Under the pieces are notes generated by a model. That model was not told where the DNA came from, did not search any database, and saw only the letters and a program-made list of their open reading frames with translations. From Chitinivibrionales bacterium (GTDB lineage Bacteria > Fibrobacterota > Chitinivibrionia > Chitinivibrionales > WJKA01), in assembly GCA_038247415.1 (NCBI GenBank), contig JBBRUX010000023.1:1-64000 (forward strand): 64,000 nucleotides of DNA, read 5' to 3'. A program made the position numbers and the translations under genes. Positions within the stretch are counted from its first letter, which is position 1, and every line of letters begins with the position of its first letter. Shown here one piece after another: positions 46,501 through 55,765 of the stretch.

Positions 46501-49425
46501 ATAGACAATATAATGGGAATACGCAAATTCCTTATTGCTAAGTTTCTGGTCCGATAGCAACGCCAGATTCCATTGCGCGTCAATTGCACTTGGGTGCTCG
46601 GGATATCGGGAAACAACCATTTCATAATTGCGTACCGCATTATCGTAATCGTGCTTAGAGCCTGCTTTTTCTGCAGCTCTAAAAAAAGCATCAGCAACAA
46701 AGAGTCCATTCGCAATTGCCATAGAATCGATGCGACCCAAAAGCGTCGAATCACGCTGGTAGGTAGATTCCCACCAATTGCTGTTTCGTGCATAAGTCTT
46801 AAAAAAACGTTCACGCCATGCCAGTGCAGAGTCGAGTTTATTTTGAGCCCCGAACATTTTAATGATACTTGCCATTGCGTCGGGGGCAGATGTTGCGTTG
46901 GGATACTCGTTAAGCAATCGAGCATACGCCTTATACGCAACAGTAAAGTCTGATACTTCTTCGCGCAATTCTCCTATACGTTTAAGAACCAAAGCTGCAT
47001 AATCGGGATTGCCTATCAAATCTAGAAATTTAACAGCATCATCAATTTTCTCTTCTTCGTCAAAGCTTACCGCAATGTAATCGATTGCTTCACCACGTAG
47101 CAATGGATTAACAACTTGCTTTTCGTCCATTTTATTAGGATCAAAGTCAAGTTCAACTTCTTCGACCAGATATTTAAAAACTGCAATTGCTTCATCATAC
47201 TGATCTTGCATATAATAGCACCACCCCAAATTGTAAAGTGCTTGTACAAATTGCGGGTGATCTCTAAAATAGAGTACTTGACGAAATGCATCTTCTGCTT
47301 TGGCATATCCTTTTCCGCTATCAACTTTTGGATGTTCGAAATAATAGCGCCCAATAGCCATATTGGCCTCAACAAAGTATTCACTTTCGGGATAACTTTT
47401 CGTGAGTGATCGCATGGTAGCATTGGCGCCATCAGGATCTCCGGTTTTCATCTGCCCAAGCGCCTCGTAATACAGAGCATCATCAGCATTCTCGTCTTGC
47501 GGAAAATCCTTGGAAATTCTGGAATACAGCACTAACGACTTCGACAAATCGTATTCCGGAAATACAACTCCCGCGGTATCCCCTTTGGCGATTCGCTTTT
47601 CATAAATCATCAATTCTGCATCAAACTTTTCAGCAGCTTCATCATAATACAATTCTGCCAAACGAAATAAAATTGCAGACATGAATCGGTTTTTAGGATA
47701 AAAGCCTGTCATGGTTATTATATGGTCAACGAGCTGCTGGCGGTACAGATAAATATCCTGGACTATTTTATCGTGCATTAGTGCTTTGGAAGCAGCCGAA
47801 GGCTTTTTGCTCAGGGCATGAGAATCCTTGGCATTTTTTGCCGTTGTCTTAGTTCGCATTTCTCGTGTTAGGGAAGCCAATTCAGCTTTTTTGGCTGTAT
47901 ATTTCATAAATGCCCAGTCCACATATTTTGCCGGACCATCTTCACCCATGCGAAGACGCCTGGGATCACCACCCAAACATTCTCGTTCAACTACAGCATA
48001 TTGACGTTGCAATCGATTCCGCCGTAGCATTAGTGAATCAGCCGAAACAGCTGCAATAAATAGTCTTTTTGCAAGAAACGTATCGGATGGATTTACTTTG
48101 GCTCGCATTTTCAAGCTGTCAAGGAGTTTGATAGCTACATCGAGCGTATCAGAAACATTGGCTGTTATTTCGGCCACATTGGAAAGGAACCTATGCGCAG
48201 CAAGATCAGATTGCTGATTATGGGCAGTATCTTCAGATTTTGCTCCCACAACATATTGCAATGTCCACAGTTGCCGTTCCAAATCCCGACTACGGGCAGC
48301 ATTGACTCGTGCATCTTTAACTGCGTTAGTATCGGCATTTCGCAGGGCAGCAAGCTCGAATTTTTTCCATCCTCGTATGAGCGCCCCCGATTTTTCGAGC
48401 TCAGAATAAATATCGAAGGAGGTTTTAGCATTATCGACCTGACGGTACACTTGCGCACTCACTTTGGCTGCATTGGACGTATCCCCCAAATGCGTATACG
48501 CCTGCTCTAAAATCGAGAGCATTTCAAAGACATAATCACTTTTAGGAAATCTCTTAACAAAGGTCAAAGAAAGATCCTTCGCTTTAGCATATTTCTTTTG
48601 CTCCAGTGCTATACGAGCAATTTTTATAAGAGCATACGAATACCGCAAACTCTTTTTATCTACAATCGAATAATACGCAAATGCCGTCGTCATATTCTCT
48701 TGCTGAAAGTAAACATCCCCCATTATACAATTCGCCTCATTGAGCATGTGAGGATCGGGAGTGGCTTTTCGAATGTAATTAAGCGCCAAGAGCGCTTTGT
48801 CGTAGTTTTTGAGTTGGATAAAACAGAGCGAAGATAGAAACTGAGATTGAAAATACCGCACCGACGAAGGAGGCACAACCAAGAGCATTTCTGCACATTC
48901 GGCATATTTCTTCTTTTTAAAATAGAGTAGTGCTGTTTCGTAAACTGCTGAAGAGTACAAAGGGTGCATTCGCAATTTATTTTGAAAAATCTGATACAGG
49001 CTATCGGCAAGGGAACTATTTGTATCTTCTACTGCAAACTGTAATATCCTAAAATACGACGGAGGAATTTTATCAGAATCTTTGAATTTCGCTACAATAT
49101 CTTCGTAAGCTTTTTGTGCTTCAAAACGTAAAGATAGCTTTCGATAGGATTCTGCAAGCACAAACGTAACAAAATCGAGCGATCCATCGGGGAGTGCAAG
49201 GGAACGGGTTCGCTCAAGAGAAAGGAGCGCCAAACGATAGTCTCCAGCAGCATACTGTTTAAGGGCAGCTTCTATTTCTGCAGGAAACAAGATGTTTGGT
49301 CGATCTAAAGAAATTTCATCGACATTCCTGGCATCAGGAATAAGCCATTGCTCCTGGGTTTGGGCACAGATGCCGTAGCTCAATACCAATAATAATGCAC
49401 TTATTACAGTTACTCGTAATCTCAT
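43561..49425 (-). CDS. Giant exported tetratricopeptide-repeat protein with C-terminal beta-sandwich and coiled coil
   Basis: Signal peptide, many TPR units ending in (F/Y)P.S, a YFRKDF...YRLMING sandwich-like region and an acidic/basic coiled-coil tail. Start at 49425 is ATGA-coupled to the upstream gene. Confidence 0.85.
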   Translation of the reverse strand: MRLRVTVISALLLVLSYGICAQTQEQWLIPDARNVDEISLDRPNILFPAEIEAALKQYAAGDYRLALLSLERTRSLALPDGSLDFVTFVLAESYRKLSLRFEAQKAYEDIVAKFKDSDKIPPSYFRILQFAVEDTNSSLADSLYQIFQNKLRMHPLYSSAVYETALLYFKKKKYAECAEMLLVVPPSSVRYFQSQFLSSLCFIQLKNYDKALLALNYIRKATPDPHMLNEANCIMGDVYFQQENMTTAFAYYSIVDKKSLRYSYALIKIARIALEQKKYAKAKDLSLTFVKRFPKSDYVFEMLSILEQAYTHLGDTSNAAKVSAQVYRQVDNAKTSFDIYSELEKSGALIRGWKKFELAALRNADTNAVKDARVNAARSRDLERQLWTLQYVVGAKSEDTAHNQQSDLAAHRFLSNVAEITANVSDTLDVAIKLLDSLKMRAKVNPSDTFLAKRLFIAAVSADSLMLRRNRLQRQYAVVERECLGGDPRRLRMGEDGPAKYVDWAFMKYTAKKAELASLTREMRTKTTAKNAKDSHALSKKPSAASKALMHDKIVQDIYLYRQQLVDHIITMTGFYPKNRFMSAILFRLAELYYDEAAEKFDAELMIYEKRIAKGDTAGVVFPEYDLSKSLVLYSRISKDFPQDENADDALYYEALGQMKTGDPDGANATMRSLTKSYPESEYFVEANMAIGRYYFEHPKVDSGKGYAKAEDAFRQVLYFRDHPQFVQALYNLGWCYYMQDQYDEAIAVFKYLVEEVELDFDPNKMDEKQVVNPLLRGEAIDYIAVSFDEEEKIDDAVKFLDLIGNPDYAALVLKRIGELREEVSDFTVAYKAYARLLNEYPNATSAPDAMASIIKMFGAQNKLDSALAWRERFFKTYARNSNWWESTYQRDSTLLGRIDSMAIANGLFVADAFFRAAEKAGSKHDYDNAVRNYEMVVSRYPEHPSAIDAQWNLALLSDQKLSNKEFAYSHYIVYSKIVKADSAKREQAALNAIAIAAGLQSPDSLAVAGVLDTTVLRSIDAINNYLTLFPKGKAASDVLVSMGAIYFNRSMFANAIKTYQQVVALWPQTDNAYKSLLLIGQACFSQKNWTVAATSFSEVWKKSPDPTLRSEAYKLLLRSRYNSAMQIVASGDHATAAKELVAIEDQFPQSEYGDIVLFGAAEEFEKDTLYRDAAKTYYRLYGSYPKSKYAPDALFNAAADYDHIKQYERAAESYEIIGSNYPTSDKARDALFNLGLCYEKMGKLDKMAEANERYTLKYPGEKDAKAMFLRSAAFYFKAAMYEKAENVYQNFIRRFPSDPNAVEALAQIGRIRLAQTNSTEAIAYFEQAEQLNQKFALAGKETNNYSASEAALGSAEIKRKEFEALKFSKPGKKLLEDQTLKSELLASASKAYTRAAQYQTEKMFEATFRIGQLYETFADDLSAQKREDLDPIKTAVLERNIDQQASGLLQKSVAPYKKLLELALTLDSLGPEPQRFVKDAKNAILKNYLRAGDLLISVVGVMYKAPIPAEIKAKPLFYFQYLKQLNQAVEPAKIAARDFYKTAAHDLKSLNLDTITYSKCIDKFAQVSFLIGNDYQKIAERILTNDFDTPANLSTNDKEDLTFQLEDIVYEMQDKAIPLLESALKEIELEGASKSTWHAKTIESLARLSPEKFGKSFYQAVTIVSDETWPVRADTTAGWAQPQPPLDGAWLDPHVIARGPSAGYRTLKPLQIWYVDTLSDTAYFRKDFYFDAAPRDAAIFFSCAGKYRLMINGTLTMSDTVGGRSFSKVDSLTGISSLFKGGDNSICISAHLDDTLPRGISCGLMVLVDTTQHFKSLVNAPVLQGRATNKAVIQTIIDSTKGATAGRKAHVDLLGNTKKPGKSLLKAIGLVKDTAKVGSEAWYESQYKNRGELLNATADYAQRSLDTEKDIKKERLALQKLQIKNDSVDKSIDEVKAEIESLKKEYLNLDRKK

Positions 49426-52400
49426 TGACAACACCGTAAGCCCACCTGTGATGACCGGGCAGCAACACTCCCGTTGCTTTGGGCTTTACAATGAGCATTT
49501 TTTCCAGAGGTATAATCTCCACCCATCATGTGGGGATAATCTCCAACCTGATCCGATACCCACTCCCAGGCATTCCCTACCATGTCGTAAACGCCTGCAG
49601 CATTAGTGCACCGAGCAAAATTGCCCGATGGAGAGATTTTTTTAGATTGCGTTGCACACATTTTAGCATTATACAGAGAACCGTAGGGGTAAGCTAGGTT
49701 TGAGCCTTGCTGACAAGCGCGCTTCCACTCTGCTGAAGTACACAGCCGTTTGCCCATTCCCATACAATACACACTTGCCTCAACCCATGAGACATTAGTT
49801 GCCGGGATTTGCTTAGCAGCATTTGGCCATTCGTAGGCATCGATACAAAAAGATCGCGCAAGAGAATCTGCTACAAAAACCATCCCATGAGGACACACTT
49901 CTTTTACGTATACCAACCTGCTTGATTCAGTCGTATCGCCTTGTGGCGATTTAATTTGTAAAGAGACCCGATACATTCCCCCTTTTGGGAATGACCGCGT
50001 GATAGTTTGAGCGCCAGAAAAGGATACGGCATAGCTTGAATCTTCTCCAAATTTCCACCGAAAGAGAATCCCTTGGCTCAATGGGGCGCTTGCAAGGGAT
50101 GGCGAGGCATCAAAGCGAATTGGGATATTTACTAAAGGAGTATCTGGTGACCACACAAAGCGGGGCGTAAGAGGAAGGATAACAGAATACACAAAGGTAT
50201 CCATGGGACCCACAAAGCCAGATGCATCAAGCACAAATGCAATAAGTGTATCCGACATAGTCAAGGTTATTGGAGTTGAAAAAACCAAAGAATCGACGGT
50301 AGGCACGCGAGCGTGATGCGCATAGAAAATCTGAGCTCGCTCATCGATGGTGTTAAGCGTAATAGAAATAGGCTGCCTGTAAACGCGATCGATTCCCGAG
50401 GGCAGGTCTGGCACTGCGTGGGGTCTAGCTAGGTCGAGATTATACACCTTGCTGGCATTGCCCAGCTCATCTTCTGCAAAGAATCCCAAGCGCGCAGTAT
50501 CTGTTCTTTGCATACTGATACGATCCGACAAAGTGCCAAATACATTCCCTGCAATTTTACCAGTCTTGGAAGAACGAGGATCGGACCCGTCTATTGTATA
50601 GTAAATTGTTGCGCGTTCAGAATAATCGAAAAAAACAGAAACCGAATCTGCCACTCCTTTACGAAAAGTCACATCAACGTGGGGAGGAGTCCAATCGAGT
50701 ACATATTCGTTTCTTCGCCAAGGGCTCTCTATCCCATTAGAAGCCTTTAAATAATACTCCAGTGTCGATCTGCCCTCATTATCGAGCAATACCGAATCGG
50801 AAAATATTTTCCATGCGGTATCGGGTACTATTCGCCAATAAATAGAACCAGCCATGTTAGAAAAGAATCCTACACGAACGCGTCGGCTAAAAGCTCCTCC
50901 GCCAGGCATTGCAGAAATAACAGGCTTTTTTAGATCCTCCATGGTCTGAACAGTCGATCTATTGCCTGCAATGTCAACACCGCAATAGCGCAAGACCTCT
51001 CCACCATGCAACGAGATAGGTTCGCGATACACAGGGGATGCAGCAGAAACAGTGTTTTCACCAATTTCGTAGTACACCGTACAACTCTCATCGGGCATGA
51101 GCCAAACAAGGTATTCCCCATTTTTATTTCCCTGATCAACCGACACGTGAATATACGGAGGCTTTGTATCTATGGTATATTCAGCGATTGCTTCATTGGA
51201 CCAATTATCTGCATCATCTAAAGCTTTTACACGTAAAACAGTGAGCCCTTCGCGAGAAATTCGAATCGGTCCATTGATAATAGGTGATGCACTTGATGGT
51301 GAATCAGTGTTGGTAGTACCATGAATGGCAGCTTTTTTGCTGCAAACGACATTTACATCAATTGGTTTGTTAAATAAGCCACTGGGAACCGACAGCGAAA
51401 TACTGGGCGGTATTATTTCATACGTTTTTTCCCATGTAAAGAGCTCAGATTGATTCTTGACCAGATCAAGTGCACGTGCATGAAGAACAACTTTTTTTCT
51501 GCGTGGAACAATTAAAGGACGTTGATAGAGCGTACTCGATCCAATCACAGGAAAGGTCTTATCGAGCGTGTAATACACCGAACCTTTCTCATTAATTGAA
51601 ATGGTTAACGTGTCAACTTCTAAGCCGCTGGAAACATCGAGCCGAATTCGTGGAGGAATGGTATCTATTTTAAAAACAGCATGTTCAATCTCGCCAATTA
51701 CACCACTCTTAGATACTCCATAATACCGCACATCGACAAGCCCAAAAGGGGTTTCTAGGCTATCTTTTATAGGAAAAAACTTTTCGGGTAGGGCAGATTC
51801 GTCAAAAGTATAAAAAATGGTTGCTGCATGCTCGCTTGCAAAATGAAGAATTTGTGGGACCTTATAGGTTCCTCCATTGGGTATAACAGATACTTTTACG
51901 CGCGTAGTATCTACCCGATACCGACACAGCATTGAGCGGATGCTATTTCCCGAACTATCGGTAGCAATGAAATATCCAACCAATGAGTCGGTAACAGTAA
52001 TCGTATCCAGACAAGAATGTCCATGCATTTTGAACGTATCTGGAGAAAACACTAACGAAACTGGCTCATCTGAATACGTTTTAACCAAAACTGGGTTACG
52101 AAAGATCCCTGATGCTGGTTGTAAAGAAATCTGCGGCGGTCGTGTATCAAGTACATAGCGTATCGAATCGACGACAGATTTATTGCCAAAATCATCGATA
52201 CCATAATAATACACGGTGTAGGAACCATCTTTGGTAATGCTCATGGGGCGCCTATACAATGCGAAGTCATTGCGAGAATTAACGGCAACATACAGAGAGG
52301 CAATTTTATTGGATTTTAGGGTTACCGTCATGACCGAAGAATGATATTTCTGGTGCGGAGCAACTGACACAAGAGGAGGGACAGTGTCAATCCATGTAGG

Positions 52401-52484
52401 AATTGGTGCATCTTTTGCGAACGCTGCGCCTGGCATGCACAGCGCAAAGAAACAGAATATGAGAAAAATTTTTACCGTATACAT
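49422..52484 (-). CDS. Exported protein with ~9 chitobiase/Fn3-associated Ig-like repeats + PKD + C-terminal FGE-sulfatase-type domain
   Basis: Signal peptide from M at 52484; repeated D(T)xPP...P.GG...YYT.D; WKFGE PKD motif; CPHGM...FCIDAYE, DMVGNAWEW and GLRCC. Confidence 0.8.
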   Translation of the reverse strand: MYTVKIFLIFCFFALCMPGAAFAKDAPIPTWIDTVPPLVSVAPHQKYHSSVMTVTLKSNKIASLYVAVNSRNDFALYRRPMSITKDGSYTVYYYGIDDFGNKSVVDSIRYVLDTRPPQISLQPASGIFRNPVLVKTYSDEPVSLVFSPDTFKMHGHSCLDTITVTDSLVGYFIATDSSGNSIRSMLCRYRVDTTRVKVSVIPNGGTYKVPQILHFASEHAATIFYTFDESALPEKFFPIKDSLETPFGLVDVRYYGVSKSGVIGEIEHAVFKIDTIPPRIRLDVSSGLEVDTLTISINEKGSVYYTLDKTFPVIGSSTLYQRPLIVPRRKKVVLHARALDLVKNQSELFTWEKTYEIIPPSISLSVPSGLFNKPIDVNVVCSKKAAIHGTTNTDSPSSASPIINGPIRISREGLTVLRVKALDDADNWSNEAIAEYTIDTKPPYIHVSVDQGNKNGEYLVWLMPDESCTVYYEIGENTVSAASPVYREPISLHGGEVLRYCGVDIAGNRSTVQTMEDLKKPVISAMPGGGAFSRRVRVGFFSNMAGSIYWRIVPDTAWKIFSDSVLLDNEGRSTLEYYLKASNGIESPWRRNEYVLDWTPPHVDVTFRKGVADSVSVFFDYSERATIYYTIDGSDPRSSKTGKIAGNVFGTLSDRISMQRTDTARLGFFAEDELGNASKVYNLDLARPHAVPDLPSGIDRVYRQPISITLNTIDERAQIFYAHHARVPTVDSLVFSTPITLTMSDTLIAFVLDASGFVGPMDTFVYSVILPLTPRFVWSPDTPLVNIPIRFDASPSLASAPLSQGILFRWKFGEDSSYAVSFSGAQTITRSFPKGGMYRVSLQIKSPQGDTTESSRLVYVKEVCPHGMVFVADSLARSFCIDAYEWPNAAKQIPATNVSWVEASVYCMGMGKRLCTSAEWKRACQQGSNLAYPYGSLYNAKMCATQSKKISPSGNFARCTNAAGVYDMVGNAWEWVSDQVGDYPHMMGGDYTSGKNAHCKAQSNGSVAARSSQVGLRCCQ

Positions 52485-52515
52485 ACGAGTATCAACAACC
52501 TTTATATACAATGCA

Positions 52516-54666
52516 TTACTTACTACGTCGAGCACGATCGATTTCTTTTCTGACAAGAGGGTCGGTACATTTTGCGAGCGCAGCGGCAAAATAGACTTCA
52601 CTGCGCTGCGGTTTCTTCATTTTCTTGTATACACGTGCTAAATCAAAATCTACCAGATACTGTGTGGGTTCAAGAACTTGAGACTTTGCAAGCAATGCTA
52701 ACGAACTGTCAATATGGGTAACTGATGGTTCCTCTGATGCAATCACATTCATGGCATACACATGGGCTTTGCCTAAAAACGCTTCTTTATAAGCGGTACC
52801 ATCTTGCAATAATGCATTATACTTTGCTAACGATACATCAAACCAGCCTCGTGCAGCATACACAGCTGCTTCTGCAAGGCGAACGGTGATATCGCGAGGC
52901 ACTTGTTCAAGGAAACGTTCACATATGTCAGTTGCTTCATCAAACTGTTTTAGAGTGGACAGAAGCATTGCTCTGCCAACCATCGCCTGGGCATTGCTAG
53001 GCGCAACCGACAAGATTTGACGATAATAATTTTCTGCGCTATTCCCATCGTTCATTTTCACTGCCAGATGTGCAAGAATAAGCAATACATCGATACGATG
53101 GGGAGACAATGCTATAACCTGATCGAAATAGCCTTTTGCTTTTTTCCATTCCAAAAGTGCCATACAGGCATTGCCCGCATTGCACAATATCGTGGTATTT
53201 TTTTTACCCATTCTATCCGCGCTCGAAAAACACTCAAGCGCCTTTTTATAAGAGCCAGAAATAAAAAATGCAGTTCCTTGATTATTTGCGACATACTGAG
53301 CATCAGACTTACTTTTAGATGCTTGTGTAAAGAGCTGCTGCGACTCCTGCTTTTTCCCTTGTTTCCAAAAGAGAACACCCAGAGCGATAGCTATTTCAGA
53401 CGACTCTGGATCACGCTTATGCGCTTCGATAAGAAGTTCACCGCATTGTTCTAAAAAGCCAAGAGCTAAATAGGTATGAGCTAAATTTATTGACACTGCG
53501 CTATTATCAGGCGCCAGCGCATGCGCGAGTGAAAGAATTTGAGCTGATTCCATAAGGTTACCGCTTGCACGATAGGATGTCCCCAATAAAAGCAAATAGG
53601 GAGAATAATTGGGCCGCATGGCAACCAGTTGATTAAAGATATCGGCTGCCCGTACCGACTCACCAGAAGCCTGATATGCGTTCCCCAATGCATATAATGG
53701 AGCTAAATCCTGAGGGCCAAGTGCTATTGCGCGGGTAAGAAGCGAAATGGCGCGAGTATATTCCCCTGATGCAATAACAGCCTTGCCCAAGGCGAGGTAT
53801 CCTGCGCAGCACGAAGAGAGTAGCTGCCTATTTTTTTCTACAAGTCGCGCACAAACCTCTGCACTTTCGAAATCTGCTGCAAAAGAAACTCTTCCTGCTA
53901 ACACTACAGGATCGTCGGGGGCTTGCGTTACAGCGGAAACAAAGCAGTCTTTTGCATGTGTACCATCATGTGCATCGCGATATATACACCCCATACGATA
54001 CGAGGCATAAGCACATCCGGGATCAAGAAAAAGCGCCCGAGAAAAGGCTGATAGCGCATTTTCTGGGGAGTTTCGAAGCATGGCCCCATAGCCAGCCAAA
54101 TAGGTAGCGTAGCATAATTGATTCGAGGAAACGAGGGCCTTTTTATAAGGGAAAAGTATAGCGGATGATGCAGATGTAACCATTCCCAGAATTTCGGGAA
54201 AGAGCCTAACCATGGTTTGGGGCAATGTAGCTTCGGTTGTGCGAACAATAAGCGAATCTCGCTGTAACGCATCTTTACTATAGTGATATACCTTAAGAAA
54301 CATGATTAACGTATCACCAGAATAATTCAATGATCCGCCAATGATTGCATCGCTCTTGAACCGATACTGCATCGCAGAAAGAAGCGAATCATTTTCCATA
54401 CGCGCTGCCATAGAGTCACATGAAACGAGCAAGAGCGGATCCCATACCTGCACATTGCCAGATTGTCCCATAACCCGCGATAATCCTTCACACAGTGCAT
54501 ATGAAACATAATCAACAAGTGGATTTTGTGTGTTATTAACAAGAGGGTAAACAATAATGTTTTGTGATGCCCAAAGGTGGGTAGGAAACAGGATAACAAA
54601 CGTGAGAAGCAGAGGTCTGCACGTACCTAAAACAGAAGCAATCCATGGAGCTTTAGAAATAACCAT
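52516..54666 (-). CDS. Exported TPR protein with N-terminal TolB_N/CsgG-like domain
   Basis: Signal-like N-terminus, IIVYPLVN...DAIIGGS segment, then many TPRs. Confidence 0.75.
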   Translation of the reverse strand: MVISKAPWIASVLGTCRPLLLTFVILFPTHLWASQNIIVYPLVNNTQNPLVDYVSYALCEGLSRVMGQSGNVQVWDPLLLVSCDSMAARMENDSLLSAMQYRFKSDAIIGGSLNYSGDTLIMFLKVYHYSKDALQRDSLIVRTTEATLPQTMVRLFPEILGMVTSASSAILFPYKKALVSSNQLCYATYLAGYGAMLRNSPENALSAFSRALFLDPGCAYASYRMGCIYRDAHDGTHAKDCFVSAVTQAPDDPVVLAGRVSFAADFESAEVCARLVEKNRQLLSSCCAGYLALGKAVIASGEYTRAISLLTRAIALGPQDLAPLYALGNAYQASGESVRAADIFNQLVAMRPNYSPYLLLLGTSYRASGNLMESAQILSLAHALAPDNSAVSINLAHTYLALGFLEQCGELLIEAHKRDPESSEIAIALGVLFWKQGKKQESQQLFTQASKSKSDAQYVANNQGTAFFISGSYKKALECFSSADRMGKKNTTILCNAGNACMALLEWKKAKGYFDQVIALSPHRIDVLLILAHLAVKMNDGNSAENYYRQILSVAPSNAQAMVGRAMLLSTLKQFDEATDICERFLEQVPRDITVRLAEAAVYAARGWFDVSLAKYNALLQDGTAYKEAFLGKAHVYAMNVIASEEPSVTHIDSSLALLAKSQVLEPTQYLVDFDLARVYKKMKKPQRSEVYFAAALAKCTDPLVRKEIDRARRSK

Positions 54667-54755
54667 ATAATGTGAATTCTTCGAGCAAATCCCAGATTAA
54701 TCCTCTATTATGAATTATATATACTATAAAAGCAAATATACAACAAATCCTTCTT

Positions 54756-55256
54756 TCATAATGCCTTAGCACTAAAAAAGGGGGAAGCACATGTTACCAG
54801 CGCAAAAACTGCAATTCCTTCTCCCCTACCGAATGCCGTTAATCCTTCTCCGCTTGTTGCAGTTAGGCCTATCGAATCTTGAGAAATGGCAAGAATACGA
54901 GAAAGTGCGCAACGAATGGTATCGATATGCGGTGCAAGTAGAGGGCGCTTACCCTCAAGAGTTATGCTCACGTGTACTATCGACTTTGTCCCAAGCGATT
55001 CAAGCGCTTTGTCTAAATACACTTTGCTATCGGTTATACCAGCTTTGCACAGTTCGTCGGCAATTTTTCCTAAAATATTTATCCCCGTAGCTCCAGAAAT
55101 TGCATTGGTTATTGCATGGAGGATCACATCAGCATCAGAATTTCCCGATAAACCCGGATACCCCGGTATCGTTACACCGCCCAATACGAGAGGTTTGCTC
55201 GAATTCTCATCTTCAAAACGATGGGAATCTTGGCCTATGGTTGAAATGGTTATCAT
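54756..55256 (-). CDS. ispF: 2-C-methyl-D-erythritol 2,4-cyclodiphosphate synthase
   Basis: IGQDSHRF, LVLGGV, SDADVILHA and ATSGEGL..GRGEGI. Confidence 0.9.
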   Translation of the reverse strand: MITISTIGQDSHRFEDENSSKPLVLGGVTIPGYPGLSGNSDADVILHAITNAISGATGINILGKIADELCKAGITDSKVYLDKALESLGTKSIVHVSITLEGKRPLLAPHIDTIRCALSRILAISQDSIGLTATSGEGLTAFGRGEGIAVFALVTCASPFFSAKAL

Positions 55257-55340
55257 GGTAGTAACTTTCTAAAAAGTCAATCAACAGTATATTGATTGTT
55301 TTTAAAATACTATATTGATTGGTATCCTACGAAGCGAGCT

Positions 55341-55706
55341 ATGGGTACAAACTCAAAAAAAACTACTGCGCACACTTTAGAATCTCACAAGGGGGATATC
55401 CCATCCGCTCAATCGAGCTGGACTGTGTATATCTTGCGCTGCTCAGATACTACTCTCTATACAGGTATTACCAACAATCTTGCGCATAGATTCCAGCAGC
55501 ATACACTTGGAAAAGGAGCTCGCTATACACGTGGCAGACAGCCGCTATCCTTGGTTTACACAGAGGAGTATGAAACAAAATCCGAAGCGCTCAAGAGGGA
55601 ATATATAATTAAACAAATGCCGAAAGAGAGGAAGGTTTCACTCATAGAAAGTTCCATTCCTAAAACTCATTATCTATTAAATAAAGCAATACAGGGAGAT
55701 TATTGA
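55341..55706 (+). CDS. GIY-YIG nuclease family protein (UPF0213/YhbQ-like)
   Basis: WTVYILRCSDTTLYTGITNN, GKGARYTRGR and ALKREY.IK. Confidence 0.88.
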   Translation: MGTNSKKTTAHTLESHKGDIPSAQSSWTVYILRCSDTTLYTGITNNLAHRFQQHTLGKGARYTRGRQPLSLVYTEEYETKSEALKREYIIKQMPKERKVSLIESSIPKTHYLLNKAIQGDY

Positions 55707-55765
55707 TATATGAAAATCGATTTTAATCCATACACATCCCTTCGTACTAGCCTTCATTATGAACT

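Noticed and set aside
55341..55706. GIY-YIG gene as a homing endonuclease or mobile element
   Set aside because: It is the short stand-alone UPF0213 type, with no DNA-binding extension and no intron context.
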